Shown piece by piece: positions 27,327-42,327 of a stretch of DNA of 64,000 nt (position 1 is the first letter of the stretch; each line of letters begins with the position of its first letter). Below the pieces are notes generated by a model that had not been told where the DNA came from, did not search any database, and was given only the letters and a program-made list of their open reading frames with translations. Position numbers and translations under genes: made by a program. Source of the DNA: Amoeboaphelidium protococcarum X5 (Eukaryota; Fungi; Aphelidiomycota); NCBI GenBank assembly GCA_023515725.1, contig JALDTO010000162.1, positions 1 through 64,000 on the forward strand. Direction: 5' to 3'.

Positions 27327-29252
27327 TCAATCTGTCACAGATGCGACATCATCCTCAGAATCGCTTTATAAATTGTCCGATGATATATCAACATGAGGGA
27401 CCTCTATAGGATGCGACTAAATTAAAGCTCTAGATTGTTATCTCTCCAAAGTATCAGATGGTAAATTAAACTATAGCTTTTGTGGGAAAGGCGGTAGCTA
27501 TTAACCAACATGGACGTGATAATTAACAGGAGGAAGATCAGGTTGATCATAATAAATGCCACTCTCGTCATAATAGTACACTGAGCCGTCAACTTCATAG
27601 CTCGGCTTATAGTCAGCACTCTAAATTGTCTTCCCATTCTCCAGCTCTTTAGTCACACTATTGACCAACATATAATTCACAGCGTCAAGTATGTGGAAGG
27701 AATCTGTGTAGAACCAGCGCGACCTTTTAATGTCAATAAAATTCTTCACTTTAAACTAATACTCCCCAACGAGATGATAAGATCTTTCAACAAAACTCAA
27801 CCACATTACCACAGTATACAGCTTTCCATGATTAATAAACGTGAACGGATTGAGTCGGAGACCACTCTGATATTAATGTTCAATATGCACGTAATGAACA
27901 GCCACCGTAAATTTTTCGACAGCGCCGTCACTTGTTCTGACAACTTACAAATCAGTCACCTTTACCTTGGCATTGTGCGGTGGATAGACTGATTATTTAA
28001 TACCTTCATACTCCCGTCGTCCAAGTATATGCGTATTGTCATTAAGCAGGCTAGTCTCAATACGAGAATTGAACTAGAGATCTGCGCGTCTATCAGGCAA
28101 ATGAAGCAGTTGAGTTTCAATGTCCGGATAACTAGTCTCTACGATACGTATATCAATGCCGTTCCGGTTTATAAGAGTGCCAGATAATTTTCTGAATGAA
28201 TGAACAATCAACTTCACAGGAATATGCTGTGAAGGTCTCACGCTAAACTCTGACTAATCAGGTAAACCGATACGATCCTCCGCTTCTAACGGTTATTCCA
28301 AAATTGTATCAGCGGGCAGTCTCTCAAAAGGATCCACGTAATAATACGGCTTTGGTTGTATATCAAACGGCGAGAATCCATGGTACGGAAGCTCTATGAA
28401 TGGATCGCTAGTCTAAGTCACATACTTTTACATTCCATACACCAGCGAGGGAGGCCGGTAAGTGAATGTGGTATCATCATTCTAATGTAACAGTAGACCG
28501 CAAATGTTACCATGAGTCACAAAGTCTACAATCAAATGATGCCTCTTGAATTCGTTCAACTAGACATCAACGCTAGGATACGGGTCCACAACAAAGGTGT
28601 CGCCAAGTTGACTCGTCCCACATACGTTCTGCACAGACAAAGTCAGATGCTCACCAGCGACAAATGAGTCAATGTTCATAAAGATAAAGATGGCAAAGAA
28701 TCCGCTTTTGATAGGAGGAAGATTAAGCAATCCATGTGCAGTATCTCCCGCTCTTACCTTGAACGCTATCTTGAATGGTACGCGAACGGTGGCCATCTAC
28801 CGTGTTATTCCAAATCTGATCACGTCTTCATACTCCAGAACATCAGCGTGGCTAAATACAACGGTCTCAGTCGAACCAGCGAGACCAACTGCTGACATTT
28901 ATGATGTAAATGTCGCGCTCAGATCTAATGGATAGAATAACGCGTCCAATCCAAGTCCTCTTACCGCAGAAGATGACCTGCTCTGAGGAACGTGTTATAT
29001 TACAGCGACCATCCTAGGATGTGATTGTATAAATACAGGAGTACTTTATTGTGTTGTAGAAGAAGGAGAAGCAGATTATTACACATTATCAAATCTTATA
29101 TGGCCAGTATCTTGACTTACGGCCATGGAGGTGGTGTAAAAGAGTGGAGAACACGAAGGCTGATCCTCCACTACTTCACTTCTAGAATACACAAGAGCAC
29201 TGTTCAGTATCAGACTTACTGGAATTAAATTCAAAAACTATTAACACAACAT
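27327..29252 (-). CDS. Orphan putative secreted protein (641 aa)
   Basis: Continuous frame; signal-like FLNLIPVSLILNSALVYS; beta-rich segments; Pro/acidic tail. Confidence 0.8.
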
Positions 29253-29468
29253 TTATCAATGTCAATTTGAATCTTCACTTTGGCTTTGACTTGAGAGAAC
29301 TTGGTGAACCTCTATCAGTTCGGGTGCGCGTCGCTGTAAGTGGCCCCTTGTTAATTCTAATAGTAATGAGCTGAAATGGGCAAGATATTGATAAAATTAA
29401 AAGTCATGTATTATAGGTCAGTTTTTTATCACACTGTCACATTTCAATGATTTCCTTTTTACACTCAT

Positions 29469-29795
29469 TCATCCCTCCAGTTTAGACTGAACGAAACGCG
29501 TCCAATCTTGCTCACTCTCAAAGTGATCTAGTAAGGATAGATCATTGATCATGCACTGCAGATGCGCATTAATCAGAGCTTCACGATACTTGAGACTGAT
29601 GGAATTTGCACAACACGCACTGTCGCTCATAGTTGGATTCTTGTACAGTCGGTAGAATTGTGATAGCACAGACAAAATCTACCTTTTAGACAGTGAGGAT
29701 CGCGTAGAGCTAGTTTTGAGACTTGTATCAGCATTAGCACCAATCGAAGATTGACTTGAGTTTTTATCACGATGTTGTTTAGATCTTAGAGTCAT
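29469..29795 (-). CDS. Hypothetical protein (108 aa)
   Basis: ATG to TGA frame that extends the ORF-track fragment through a TAG; no homology recognised. Confidence 0.5.
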
Positions 29796-30398
29796 ATTAT
29801 TTCTGCTGCTTCTTCTTAAATGAGGCCAAATATTGGTAATTTTAAGCTTTACTTTTTATTAAAAGAAAAACAAAGAGCTATAATTATCACTATAGCAGCC
29901 AGTAAGCCGCATTCTGATCAATCACAGTGACAAATTTCAGTCAGGCGTTGTCATGACAGCCAATGATGTGCTCGCGTTACAATCTTTAATCACACAGAGG
30001 TCACTTTGTCTTTGATCGTGCAACAATGTCCTTTGAATTAAAAAATATTATTGCAGAATTCAGCATTATAATTTTTAGCAATGTTCTTTCGTTTTAAAAG
30101 TCGACATCATTATAATTTATGATGATGATGAAGATTAACCAACCGGTGACGCCCAAAGAGATAGATCCACGCTTTAACCATCCGCATTATTCAGCTTGAA
30201 AGTAAGACCGGCCTTTGAATGTTATTCCATTTAGATGAGAAATTTACGTTAGTTCATAAATAATGTTAAAATATGTTACAGTATTCCAGTTTACCAACGC
30301 GTTAATCTGGCCTTTACCTTATCGCAACCGCTGTTGAATATAATATCCTGAAAAATCGCAACTGTTTTCTTGTAACAAAGTCTTTTTGGATTGGCACA

Positions 30399-31262
30399 AT
30401 GTCTCTCTTAACATTTTTTCTTGAGTACATCGAACGTTATTATGTCAGTATTGTATATGGTTGGAGTGCTTTAGCTGTGTTGGTATTCTTCATATTACTG
30501 AGCGGACAGAATGCTCCTTACGGAAAGTTCAACAATGCCGGGGTAGTCAAATGGTGGCACGGACCTGAATTGAATGGCAAGTTGAGTTGGGCACTATAAG
30601 AAGGAATCTCGCCTATTGTCATTATAATTGTCGCTCGTTACTATGAAATTAATTTCACAATCTTTACTGCTTAGACGATTCTTCTTTGGCAGTGGGTGTT
30701 ACACTACGTTCATCGCGCGTTCATCTATCCTGCAGTCGTTCCGTCCATGTCGAGCAGTAGACTGTTTGTTGTTCTCAGTGCTTCAATGTTCAACGTCATA
30801 AATGCCTCTCTTAATGGCTTTGCAATTAGCAAACTAGATATCCCGAGTAGTGAGAATACGTTTGGGATCTAGTTTTAATTGGGTATTTTTATATTTCTGG
30901 CTGGCATGTTGATAAATGTCGTGTCTGATTATTAAATTGTAATTGAAAAGATGAAACGAGCCAATACACCTAAAAAGTCGCGCTATTTCATTCCGTATGG
31001 GTTTCTATACAATTATGTGTCGTGTCCGAATTATTTTGGCGAGATTATTGAATGGACCGGATTTGCTGTCCAAGTATGTAGCCTTACTGCGTCTGATATA
31101 GGCTCATTGTATAACGTGTTGACTCTGCCAGCTCTTTCGTTTGTCCTGTGGACTATTGCCAATTTGGGCCCACGCGCGTTATAAACTCATCGCTGGTATC
31201 AAGATAAATTTAGAAAGTCGTATCCGAAGAGTAGAAAAGCTTTGGTACCTATAATAATTTGA
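30399..31262 (+). CDS. 3-oxo-5-alpha-steroid 4-dehydrogenase (SRD5A/DET2 family)
   Basis: APYGK; WALQ(TAA)E; HYVHRAFIYP; YFIPYGFLYNYVSCPNYFGEIIEW; HRWY...YPKSRKALVP. Confidence 0.93.
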
Positions 31263-31301
31263 CAGGAAATCTATAGATTAATCTCTTACACTTGATAATA
31301 A

Positions 31302-32060
31302 TCAGGCACCCCATTTTCCTAAATGGTTCGATTTCATGCGTTCGATCTCCCCGATTACATTCTTTGCCATCTTGCCAAATCTGAATTTATGAACAGGATA
31401 TCTATTCGTAAGTTTAGCGGGAGTCTCACTACCTTGTTCCATTTTTTTAAAAATTTTCAAATAAAATTCCTTCTTGGGCAAGACTTGTTGCAGCGCCTCC
31501 TGCTCAATTTAATCATCTGTCAACATTTAATCACTCGAGACTCCTTCGCTCAACTTCTTATCTCTCAGAGCCAACAGTCGCGCCTTTAACTTCTCCTTGT
31601 CAATATGAACTTTCTGTTCCATTTTCACGAACCAATCCAGATAATTAATCGGCTTTGAAGTGAAATCAATCTCTAGATCATTATCCACGTACGGCTAAAA
31701 CTTGAGCTGAGCGAACGAATGCTAATGCCAAGGCAGAGTGGCCGGAGCCTTGACTGCGGCGGCATTGAGTGGCTAAATGGAAAACGCCTCAGGAGGAACG
31801 ACCAATTTCAGAGCTTCGGGATTAAATTGATATCCAGTACCAGGTCGCTTCTCTATAACAACTTCTCCGCTTTCTGTGACAGATGTTGGCGGCGCGACAA
31901 ATCTCATTCCACTTCCCGCTCCATATCCTTTCTTCATCTTGGAGTTGAGCATTTTCGGATTCCACCATTGTCTCCTCCTAGCACCCTTCTTATTCTCGAT
32001 GCCTTTGAAAGTAATAGATCCGGCATTTCTCACTTACTGAAATATATTAAGCGCGTTCAT
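31302..32060 (-). CDS. Probable mitochondrial ribosomal protein mL41 (MrpL27 family), extended
   Basis: Presequence-like N-terminus; KMKKGYGAG...GYQFNPEALKLVVPP...LKFQPYV resembles the mL41 pattern. Confidence 0.65.
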
Positions 32061-32403
32061 CTCCTCTATTCTTGTGGACGTGATATACGAAATATATTGT
32101 AAAACTGTGAGTAGCGATAAAGATGTACCTCAGATATCTACAGCAGAGCAAATAGCCAACACTATTTTACGCGAGGGAGATATAAACGCGTCAAAGGAAA
32201 TTGTCGCGAAACAGCTGAGGAAATCGCGAATCTGTTTTACGCTCAACTGCTCAGAGCTGTGGAGTTGGAACGTATGAGAAGGAATTTGAAAATTTTTTCG
32301 CACTTTTCTGTTTCTGCTTTAGAACTCCCTATATATGAAAGAGGACGGAATAAGAAGGAGCATTAATATATAGATCTAGTGACAGTGGTATAAATTATTG
32401 GTC

Positions 32404-32910
32404 ATGTCTTAAAAGCAATAGCAGGCTCAGTCTCAACAACAAGAAGAGATATTTAGCATCAGATTCAGCGAGCTCCCCGTTAATATCGTGCTCAATTATG
32501 CGTTCAAATACAATCTTATCGATCTCAGCGTTCTCAATATGGCTTTATAACGTGCTAATATTTAAAAGCAATTTAATGACGATCTCTCTGGTACTTTGCC
32601 TATTGGAAATGGAAGAACTAATGGAAGTAGGAGAAATAGTAGCAATCATATTGCACCGGAGCTCCTAATCTATATCAAATCTAATCCGTTTGAAACGACC
32701 AAACTGCTTGTAGAGCTGGAAGTAATCTTTGCCCATCCAAGCTGTCACGATCAGTTCTAATAGCTAGTGTAGTAATGCTAGATTAATTATTAAAAGACTG
32801 AGATCAGTGATAAGAATGTGATTCCTTGGTTCTTGTACACTGTCAGGAATCGCGAAAATGTCCTCAAGCTCCGTCCTCACGGCGAAGAGTAAATGTCTCA
32901 TCTCTATTGA
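32404..32910 (+). CDS. SAP30-like Sin3-binding domain protein (168 aa)
   Basis: IRFSELPVNIVLNYAFKYNL ... ISDKNVIPWFLYTVRNRENVLKL. Confidence 0.65.
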
Positions 32911-32997
32911 TTTAATAATTATTTGTCGTATAGTATTAGTATGATTACATATCGTATCGTTTCTTCATGTCATTGTAAATCTTTATACTGATCAATA

Positions 32998-34176
<1,179 letters not shown>

Positions 34177-34917
34177 ACTTTACTACTACAACTCTCCTTC
34201 GTAGAAAGAAGAGATGTCTGAACAATTGAAAAGAACTAGATGATAGAGTGAATGCGACAAATAGCGCGATATTGAATTTGTAAATATATTGAACTTATTT
34301 TAAATTTAGCATTTCATACGGTTAAAGATATATTACGCAATAATTTATCTCAAAAGACGCGTCAAATGCCAGTATTGTTATGCCACTCATTAGAGTATCT
34401 TGAGACGGTTCATACTGTACTATGACCAACAGCGATGAGATGAAGCGACGAGACTCGTCTGTTGAAACAACGAGATCAACCTTAACCGGAGATCGCTTTA
34501 ACATGCCGCTATAAAAGAACATTCATGTCGTCACTTCTCTTTCTCCTCATTGCGACCGTCCGTTCAGATAGAACAAGCATTTTGCTTTTTACCAAATGCT
34601 TCATGTCAGTTCGGGCATAAAGGTCACTTTTAAATTTTTGAGGCCGCACAGGCTTCTCCCTTCTTTCAATTTACTCTTTCTCTCTCTCTCTCATTATAAC
34701 CTCATAACCATTCTTCATCTCAATTGTTTCAGGTTCAATTCTCATCACAGTCAATGATGAACATTTACTTACCGTACCTGTATAAATGTCCACAATGAGC
34801 AGTGATTGTGAGGCTTCGCGTAATTATTCGCACCACTGCAAGTTTTCGAGACAGTTAACACAAAACTACAGTAGTTGAAATAAGCGATAGATGGAGGTAA
34901 ATAATATTTATTTAATT

Positions 34918-36768
34918 TCATTCATTTGAGGACGGACGATCTAATGATTGCTTTACATATTACGCCAACTTCCGGTACTCTTCTAAGAGCAAGGGGATCT
35001 CTGCCAGAGTGAGCTAATCAGCACTCTCAATTTTCAGAAATCTCTAGTTCAGCAATGGAACAGCGTTAGATCCGGAGACTGGGAGTGGTTTGTTCCGATT
35101 AAGACCATTCTCCTACTGAGCTTTAAACGACATGCTCCTCATCAATCGCGGAGAAAACCGCTCCATACCAGAGAGCAATGATCGTTGAGATGCTGGCTTA
35201 GATGGTAATGGCACCTATGTCTCTGTTCTAGATCTAGTTAGAGTAGATACCAAGCTACCAGCCAAGGAAGCACCGCGAGACAGCAGAGACTAATTCTATA
35301 AAATCAGAGGTGACGCCTGATCCTCCGAGGCCGCTTTCTATACCAACTAATTATTAATTGAGCCATCGAATAGGTTTAATGATCGACCTTGTAACTGATA
35401 AACATGTTCCAAGACACTAGATACATTTGTCAGGCCCCAACCACTCTCCCCGCGATATACAGCGCTAGACCTCCGATACATATGGACAAACTTTACACTA
35501 AGCAGGAGTGGAATAACTTCACCGCCACTTTCAGCTTCTTCAGATACAATCTGCGTTAGAATATGCACAAATAATGGGAACAATGTGTCAGAATTAAGGG
35601 AGTACTGATGAGCCTGGTTAAACGTCGACATTGAGAGACTCACAGAAAGGCTCTAGTACATGGCAAACATCACTATTGAACGCCCAAGAGGCACTTTGTA
35701 AAAATAATCGGCAAGCTACTTGCCAAGTGCTTCATCATCAGATTCTTCAAGCCCACTGCTTGAAGCAAGATAATATTGAGTGTAAGACTTCATTTGAGCT
35801 TTCATACTTTGTACAAGATCTGGTTCAGTTTCAACAATGCTTTACACGAGGCCAGCATTGTCAATGCCTTTCAGATCACTATCATCGCCACTATTAGAAG
35901 TCGATTAAAGTACAGTTCTAGACATGAGATCCCAACACTCCAACTCTTTATTCCACTCCTCATCTTTAGCATCGGGGAAGGACTTTTAAAAAGTGCCAGG
36001 CGAGAGAAATATCTTGGCCTCTATATAATCAAGCAGTTGATCTTCATCCGAGCTATTTTACTGCTTTAGAACATCTAATAGAAAGTTCATGGAATCGCTC
36101 AATAGAGCACCGTCAAACTATTCAGGCTTTGTTTCCTCAGCAAAACTCCGCGTATTCTTTACAGATTCATCATGAACCATATCAGCCACTCTGCAGTAGA
36201 ATTGTTATATTTGCTCGGCGTCGACACGTTCTGACGATTAGATACATTGTAACAACGCATCACAACACTTTCTTAACTCGAGAGCCTTATCGGAACAGTA
36301 TACTTGATGAGCTCTGGGAAATAGTACGGATAATATTGAATCTTGCACTGAAATTGTCTACTACCTCAGCGATGTTATTGGTTCCTTCAAAACGATCAAA
36401 GTAAATTACTTGCCTTGAAAAAGGTATACTTGAACAACTTGATCAATGTCTATCTCTTGAATGACATCCAAATTATTGTGGCCGTATACCAGAGCGCGAG
36501 AATTTTCAACCAGCTTTATTAAAAGTCCACTTTACGTTCTATACTCGTTCATATCATCTTTACTCTTCTCCCATAAACAGTTCTATATCAAAGACTAATC
36601 CACCAAGTCAGAGGAATTTAGAGAGTGTGGACAGAGCGCTATCGTGTCAGCAACAGCGAGCACTTGAGGATTAGAGGCAAGATAGTTCAGTACTTGATGA
36701 CTTTCGAGATCAATCGCAGCATCCAAATCAACTCTAAACGGCAGCGGTGGACCTTACAATGGATCCAT
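34918..36768 (-). CDS. VPS9-domain Rab GEF with a VARP/ANKRD27-like N-terminus (616 aa)
   Basis: LNSDTLFPLFVHIL...VKFVHMYR...GESGWGLTNV; C-terminal LTLAEIPLLLEEYRKLA. Confidence 0.75.
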
Positions 36769-37103
36769 TAATCAAATCCCTATAAAAGCCAATTAATAGA
36801 ATGGTAAGACTTTGAGTGCGACACAATGCAAATGAAATTAACCGATTACCAGATAGCTAACTCCACCCACCGTTCAGAAGAATCGTTGGAACCAAATGAA
36901 CAATCGCGTGCTTCTTAGATTAGCGCAAAGAGAGCGCCCGTTACCAAGCGTTCGCCACAGTTTCAAGTTGGAAAATAGCCACTAAATTGATTATCATCCT
37001 CAATGTCAGGTAACTAGTTGCCATATTTTTAAATCTTGGTCTTTCTACTTAATTTAAACTTTTTTTTCGTTATCTGTATTTTATAAAGGCAACTTTGATA
37101 ATT

Positions 37104-39167
37104 ATGTCTTTGACTGAGACTATCACGGAGGCAGTAGTGACAACCGTTGCACAGGTATTAGCGACCGAGATTAATCACGGTGGCACTCATATCCCCACTA
37201 ATCATCATGAGGCTATGGATGAAGAAGAGTAGACACATGCACTTTATTCTAGAGCTGTGCTTATGCTTGGCCTTATGGTGTTTAGTATCATGGTGATTAA
37301 TGTGATGAAGATGCGAAATTTCCATGCTGTTGGTGAGACGACACTGTATGTTACAATAGGCATCCTCGTTGGGCTGGCATTTCTCATCTACAGTCGAATT
37401 GTCTACGGATCTAATTCTGGACTTAATGTGATTTAACTCAGCTGGAACTTCTTCTCATTAGTACTATTGCCACCAATTATTTTTGAAGGTGGATTCACTT
37501 TACAGCGGGTGACGTTTGTCCGAAATCTGGTCCCGATTATGGGATTCGCTTTGATTGGTGGTGCGTATTCAACTATTGTCACATCAACCTTGGTTTATGT
37601 TGCATCGCGCTTGTTATATCCTTAATTCTCGTTCATTCATTCTCTAGTGTTTGGATCTATCATATCAAGTACAGATCCTATTAGCGTCTTGGGTATGTTG
37701 CCTCCAACCACGGATAGAAATTTGTTCATGATGATATTTGGCGAGTCTGCACTGAATGACGCCGTCTCTGTGATTCTATTTCGGTTCTTTACACAGCTTG
37801 CCAGAAGCGAATAGGAATAAAAGCTCAATGCTGGTACACTGCTATTTTCATTTGTGGAATCGGTTGGCGTGTTCTTCGGGTCAGCACTCATTGGCGTTGC
37901 TGTGGCTATGGTATTCGCCAAGATTACAAAGCATGTACGTCCTCCTGAGTTGCCTATATTCCAGCTATTGATATTCCTAGTCTTTGCATACAGCAGCTAC
38001 CTAATCAGCGATCTGGTCGGAATGACTGGCATTGTGGGGGTGTTTTTCTGTGGAGCAGCAATGGCTCATTATTCTTACGATAATTTGAGTAAAGTTACCA
38101 TCCTTAGTGCAAAGGTTGTTCTGAGGACAATATCATCAATGTGTGATGCGTTCGTCTTTATCTACCTCGGCTTAGGACTATTCGCGTTTGGCCGCTCAAA
38201 TACCACATACAATACAGCGTTTATCATATGTGCCTTTATTGCGATCCTTGTTGCGAGAACTCATGTATTCTTAATTGGAGCATTTTATAATATGTTCTCC
38301 AAGGCTACTCATGCTGATAGCAAGAAGATTCCGGGCAATCATTTGACTTTTTTATGGTTCTGCGGTCTTCGCGGTGCTGTGTCTTTCGCTCTGGCTGTTA
38401 AAGTGTTGGGCCTGACTGAAATACCAAAGGATATTCGCGCACTGATTTTCGGTACTGTAGTAGTAGTGGTTGTGATTACAGTTCTGGGAATGGGTGGTAT
38501 GACACCTTATATGTTGAAAGTTTTGAAGCTAGATGCCTCTGCTCATTAGTCACACAAAAAGTTGCCCGTTAATGATGAAGAAAATGGAGGCGGTGGTGGC
38601 GCGTTGGAGATTGACTCAATCAAAATGCACAAGATTGGCCTGCAAAAGTCTATCGACGGTAAGCCGCCAGGTCTTGAAGTGATAAAAGAGAAGAGTGAAG
38701 GTTCATTAAATACCATTGACGAGTATCTGCCCCAGAATGGAACGATGTCTAATCAACAGGCAGCTTAGGAAGCTGAACAGTTTATGGACGCGTTTAGTAA
38801 TGGCTTTCTTATCACTCTTTATGAATTGGACAAAAGGTACATTAAGCCGTTCTTCACTCTGCAGCAGTCTAGTGGTTCAATGAGAATGCAAGGTGCGGCG
38901 ATAGATGGCTCTGCATCAACGCCCAGAAGATCTATAGTGCCAAAGTCACCAATGATAGATGAGAAATATGTAGAGTTGGAAGATGAATATGATCAAAGAT
39001 ATAATCAATCGACATCCTTATAGTACGTGATTGAAGATGATACTGATGATGAGCTGGACCGTGTTCCTTTATCCGTTGCCGCAGAGATGTTTGGCATTGC
39101 TGGAAGTGCCTCTATAGCTCTTAACAGTCGAAGCAGCCTTGACAGTCCATAGATACAAAGGTAATGA
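37104..39167 (+). CDS. Na+/H+ exchanger (CPA1, NHE/Nhx type)
   Basis: FFSLVLLPPIIFEGG; ISSTDPISVL; IFGESALNDAVSVIL; GLRGAVSFALA; multiple TM helices. Confidence 0.95.
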
Positions 39168-39394
39168 TATCATATTGGCAATAGATTAGAACTTTTTCAC
39201 TTTACATTTTGAGTTGATTAGTTATTAGGCCTCTTTAGATGACGCACACCAAAAGTGTATGAGAAAGCACACCTAGCAAGCCGTCGTGGAGTTTACAGTC
39301 GTGATTTTTGTAAAGCGATCGAAAATTTTCATCATTTTTACACTTTGGTTCTATTCTTTGATCAACTAGCGATAAATTTATAATATAAATCAAA

Positions 39395-40587
39395 ATGAAC
39401 ATTCAAAGTAAAAGACTTTTGGCTACTTCTACTCAACCATTCTTGGCGAGTCTTCCGCAGGCTGGATCCGTGATTACTAATACAGCTACCAAGTATGCTG
39501 GTCGTTACACTGTCACTTTGATTCCCGGCGATGGTATCGGAGTTGAAATGGCCGACTCTGTCAAGGCTATTTTCACTGCAGTCAACGCGCCAATAGACTT
39601 TGAGTAGTATGACATTAGTGGATATAAGCAGGACAAGGAGAACGAGACCAAGATGAAAGCCGCTATTGACAGTCTTAGACGCAACAAGGTTGGATTAAAA
39701 GGTAACGCGTTCTTTAATTGATTTTTTGTAGAATAACTCTTTCATGTATTGCGCGCATCATGTCGTATATTGTAGGTATATTGCACACTCCGGTCAGTAG
39801 ATTCGGTGCAACGTCATTGAACGTGTCGATGCGTAAAGATCTGGATATATTCGCATCCGTCGCTTTGATCAAGAACGTTCCCAATCTGAAGGCGCGTCAC
39901 TAGAACGTTGACTTTGCCATCATTAGAGAAAACACTGAGGGTGAGTATAGTGGCCTGGAGCATCAGCCCGTGAATGGCGTTGTTGAATCTCTGAAGATTA
40001 TCACGCGCCAGAAATCTGAACGTATTGCGCGTTTTGCCTTTGACTTTGCCCTGAAGAATGGCCGTAAGAAGGTCACCTGTGTCCACAAGGCTAATATCAT
40101 GAAGCTGGCCGATGGTCTGTTTTTGAACACTTGCCGTGACGTGGCGAAGCTATATGAAAACTCTGGTGTCTAGTTTGAGGAGGTTATTGTGGACAATTGT
40201 GCGATGCAGTTGGTGGCCAAGCCTTAGCAATTTGATGTCATGGTCATGCCTAATTTGTATGGTTCTATTGTGAGCAATGTCGGCGCTGCTCTAGTGGGCG
40301 GTGTCGGACTGGTGCCTGGTGCTAACGTTGGCCGAGACTACGCTGTATTTGAGCCTGGTTGTCGTCACGTTGGTAAGGATATCCAAGGAAGAAATTTGGC
40401 TAATCCAACCAGTATGATCTTGTCCAGTGTGATGATGCTGCGTCATCTTGGCTTGGAGGTTGAGGCTGAGCGAATCTCTTCTGCCGTTATGAAAGTCCTA
40501 AGTCAAGGTAAAGCACTGACTGCTGATCTGGGCGGATAAGCTTCCACCACTGATTTCACCAAGAGCGTCATTGAGTCATTAGATTGA
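39395..40587 (+). CDS. IDH1: NAD-dependent isocitrate dehydrogenase, regulatory subunit 1; intron 39702-39775
   Basis: [16 protein letters not shown]; [15 protein letters not shown]; [14 protein letters not shown]; [11 protein letters not shown]; [12 protein letters not shown]. Confidence 0.95.
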
Positions 40588-41022
40588 ATAATAAAAAAAT
40601 ATTACATGAGCGAAATATAAGTTTGATACAAAAAATAGTCTAGTCTTTAATCATATATCTCGCCCATAATATTGGCATACAATAAATGAATACGCGTTAA
40701 TCATACTGTTACGCGTCATTATAAGCATGATATTCACAGCAAGTGACGGGGCCGTGTGACAATTTCGGGAAAATTCGAGCCGCCTCTTTCCCCCGCTCCT
40801 CAATCTAAAATTCTGCGAACGGTGGCTTTCAACCAGAGTAAGTCTTTAAAGAGAGCGCGAAAGTGGAAAAGTTTGTTTGTCTTCAATTGCCGAAAATTGT
40901 TGTTTGCTGTTGCCATCTTGTCATTTTACGTTTAATTCTCGCAGTGACTCTCTTTTACATCATTGTAGCAAGAGTCTTTAGTAATCGCTTGCAATATACT
41001 ATACTACTACTACTATAATTAT

Positions 41023-42153
41023 ATGCCAGTGAGTGAAATGGTTGTGCCGTCTTAAAGCAACGCCGCCACGTGCTAAACGTCATCAAGATCGGAGCTCCGA
41101 GATCAAGAGTCCCATTTGAATTATGCCGTCTTTACTGGTCATGCTGACGTTTTGACACCTGTGCCTGTTGTGCCTGCCGATCAAGAGTTTATCTGGTCGC
41201 TGAAAGAAGAGCCACATTATTCTAGGCGTAAGGAGATTTTGAAAAAGTATCCACAGATTTAGAAGCTCTTTGGGTATGATCCTGCCACAAAGTATGTCAT
41301 TGTCGGAATTGTTGCACTGCAGTTGGCCTTTGCTTGGGTGTTTAGGGATGCTTTATCATACTAGAGTGTCGCATTTTGGTTGACTGCCTTTGCGGTGGGT
41401 GGTGCCTGTAACTAGGCCTTGTTCTTGGCTATTCATGAAATGTCCCACAATTTGGCGTTCAAGTCGATCGCTGCCAATAAATTGTACTCCTCCCTAGTTG
41501 CCAACATTCCCATCTCGTTTCCATATGCTGCCTCGTTCAAGCCTTATCACATGGATCATCACAAGTATCAGGGGGTGGAAGGCATTGACACTGATTTACC
41601 GACACGTCTTGAGGCTCTGTTCTTCAATTCATTTATTGGCAAGATTGCATTTGTATTCTTTTAGATTCTGTTCTATGCTGTGCGTCCAATCTTTGTTAAG
41701 CGTCAAGCGTTGACTATGTACAATCTGATTAATGCTGTGTGGATTTTCTCGTTCTAGGCCTTTCTTATTCTGTACGTTGGTAAAGGAGCTGCTGCTTACC
41801 TGTTGGCAAGTACCTTCTTTGCCGGTTGTGGATTCCATCCATGTGCCTCTCACTTTATCGCTGAGCATTATGTATTCACTGGTGATTGGGAAACGTACTC
41901 CTACTATGGATGGTTGAACATCTTTTGCTTTAATGTTGGCTATCACAATGAGCACCACGATTTCCCTAATATCCCGGGATCTCGTCTACCGCTGTTGAGA
42001 AAGATTGCCAATGAGTACTATGACCAATTGCCTTATCATGAGAGCTGGCCTCTTGTAACTGTAAAATTTATTATGGATCCGAACGTGTCTCTCTTCAACC
42101 GCGTCAAGAGATAGAAGAAATAAGTTGGCGGCACCACTGTGAAATCTGATTGA
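41023..42153 (+). CDS. DES1: Sphingolipid delta(4)-desaturase
   Basis: EEPHYSRRKEILKKYPQI; His boxes HEMSH, YHMDHH, HNEHHDFP. Confidence 0.95.
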
Positions 42154-42327
42154 ATGGATCGATGAAACTCCTTTTATATTTGCACTATCTTTTATTATTA
42201 CGTTTATTTAGATTTTTTTAGTCGGCCATTGACGGCGTAGAGCATAGACATTACAGATATTCAACTAAAAACTTGGTTTAAATATCATTATGAAAAACCT
42301 TTAAAATTGCGAGATCACATGGAGCGT

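Noticed and set aside
34720-34860. U1/U3/box C/D-like words (TACTTACC, ATGATGA, GAGCAGTGA)
   Set aside because: I found no complete box set, Sm site or convincing fold; an Rfam scan would be needed.
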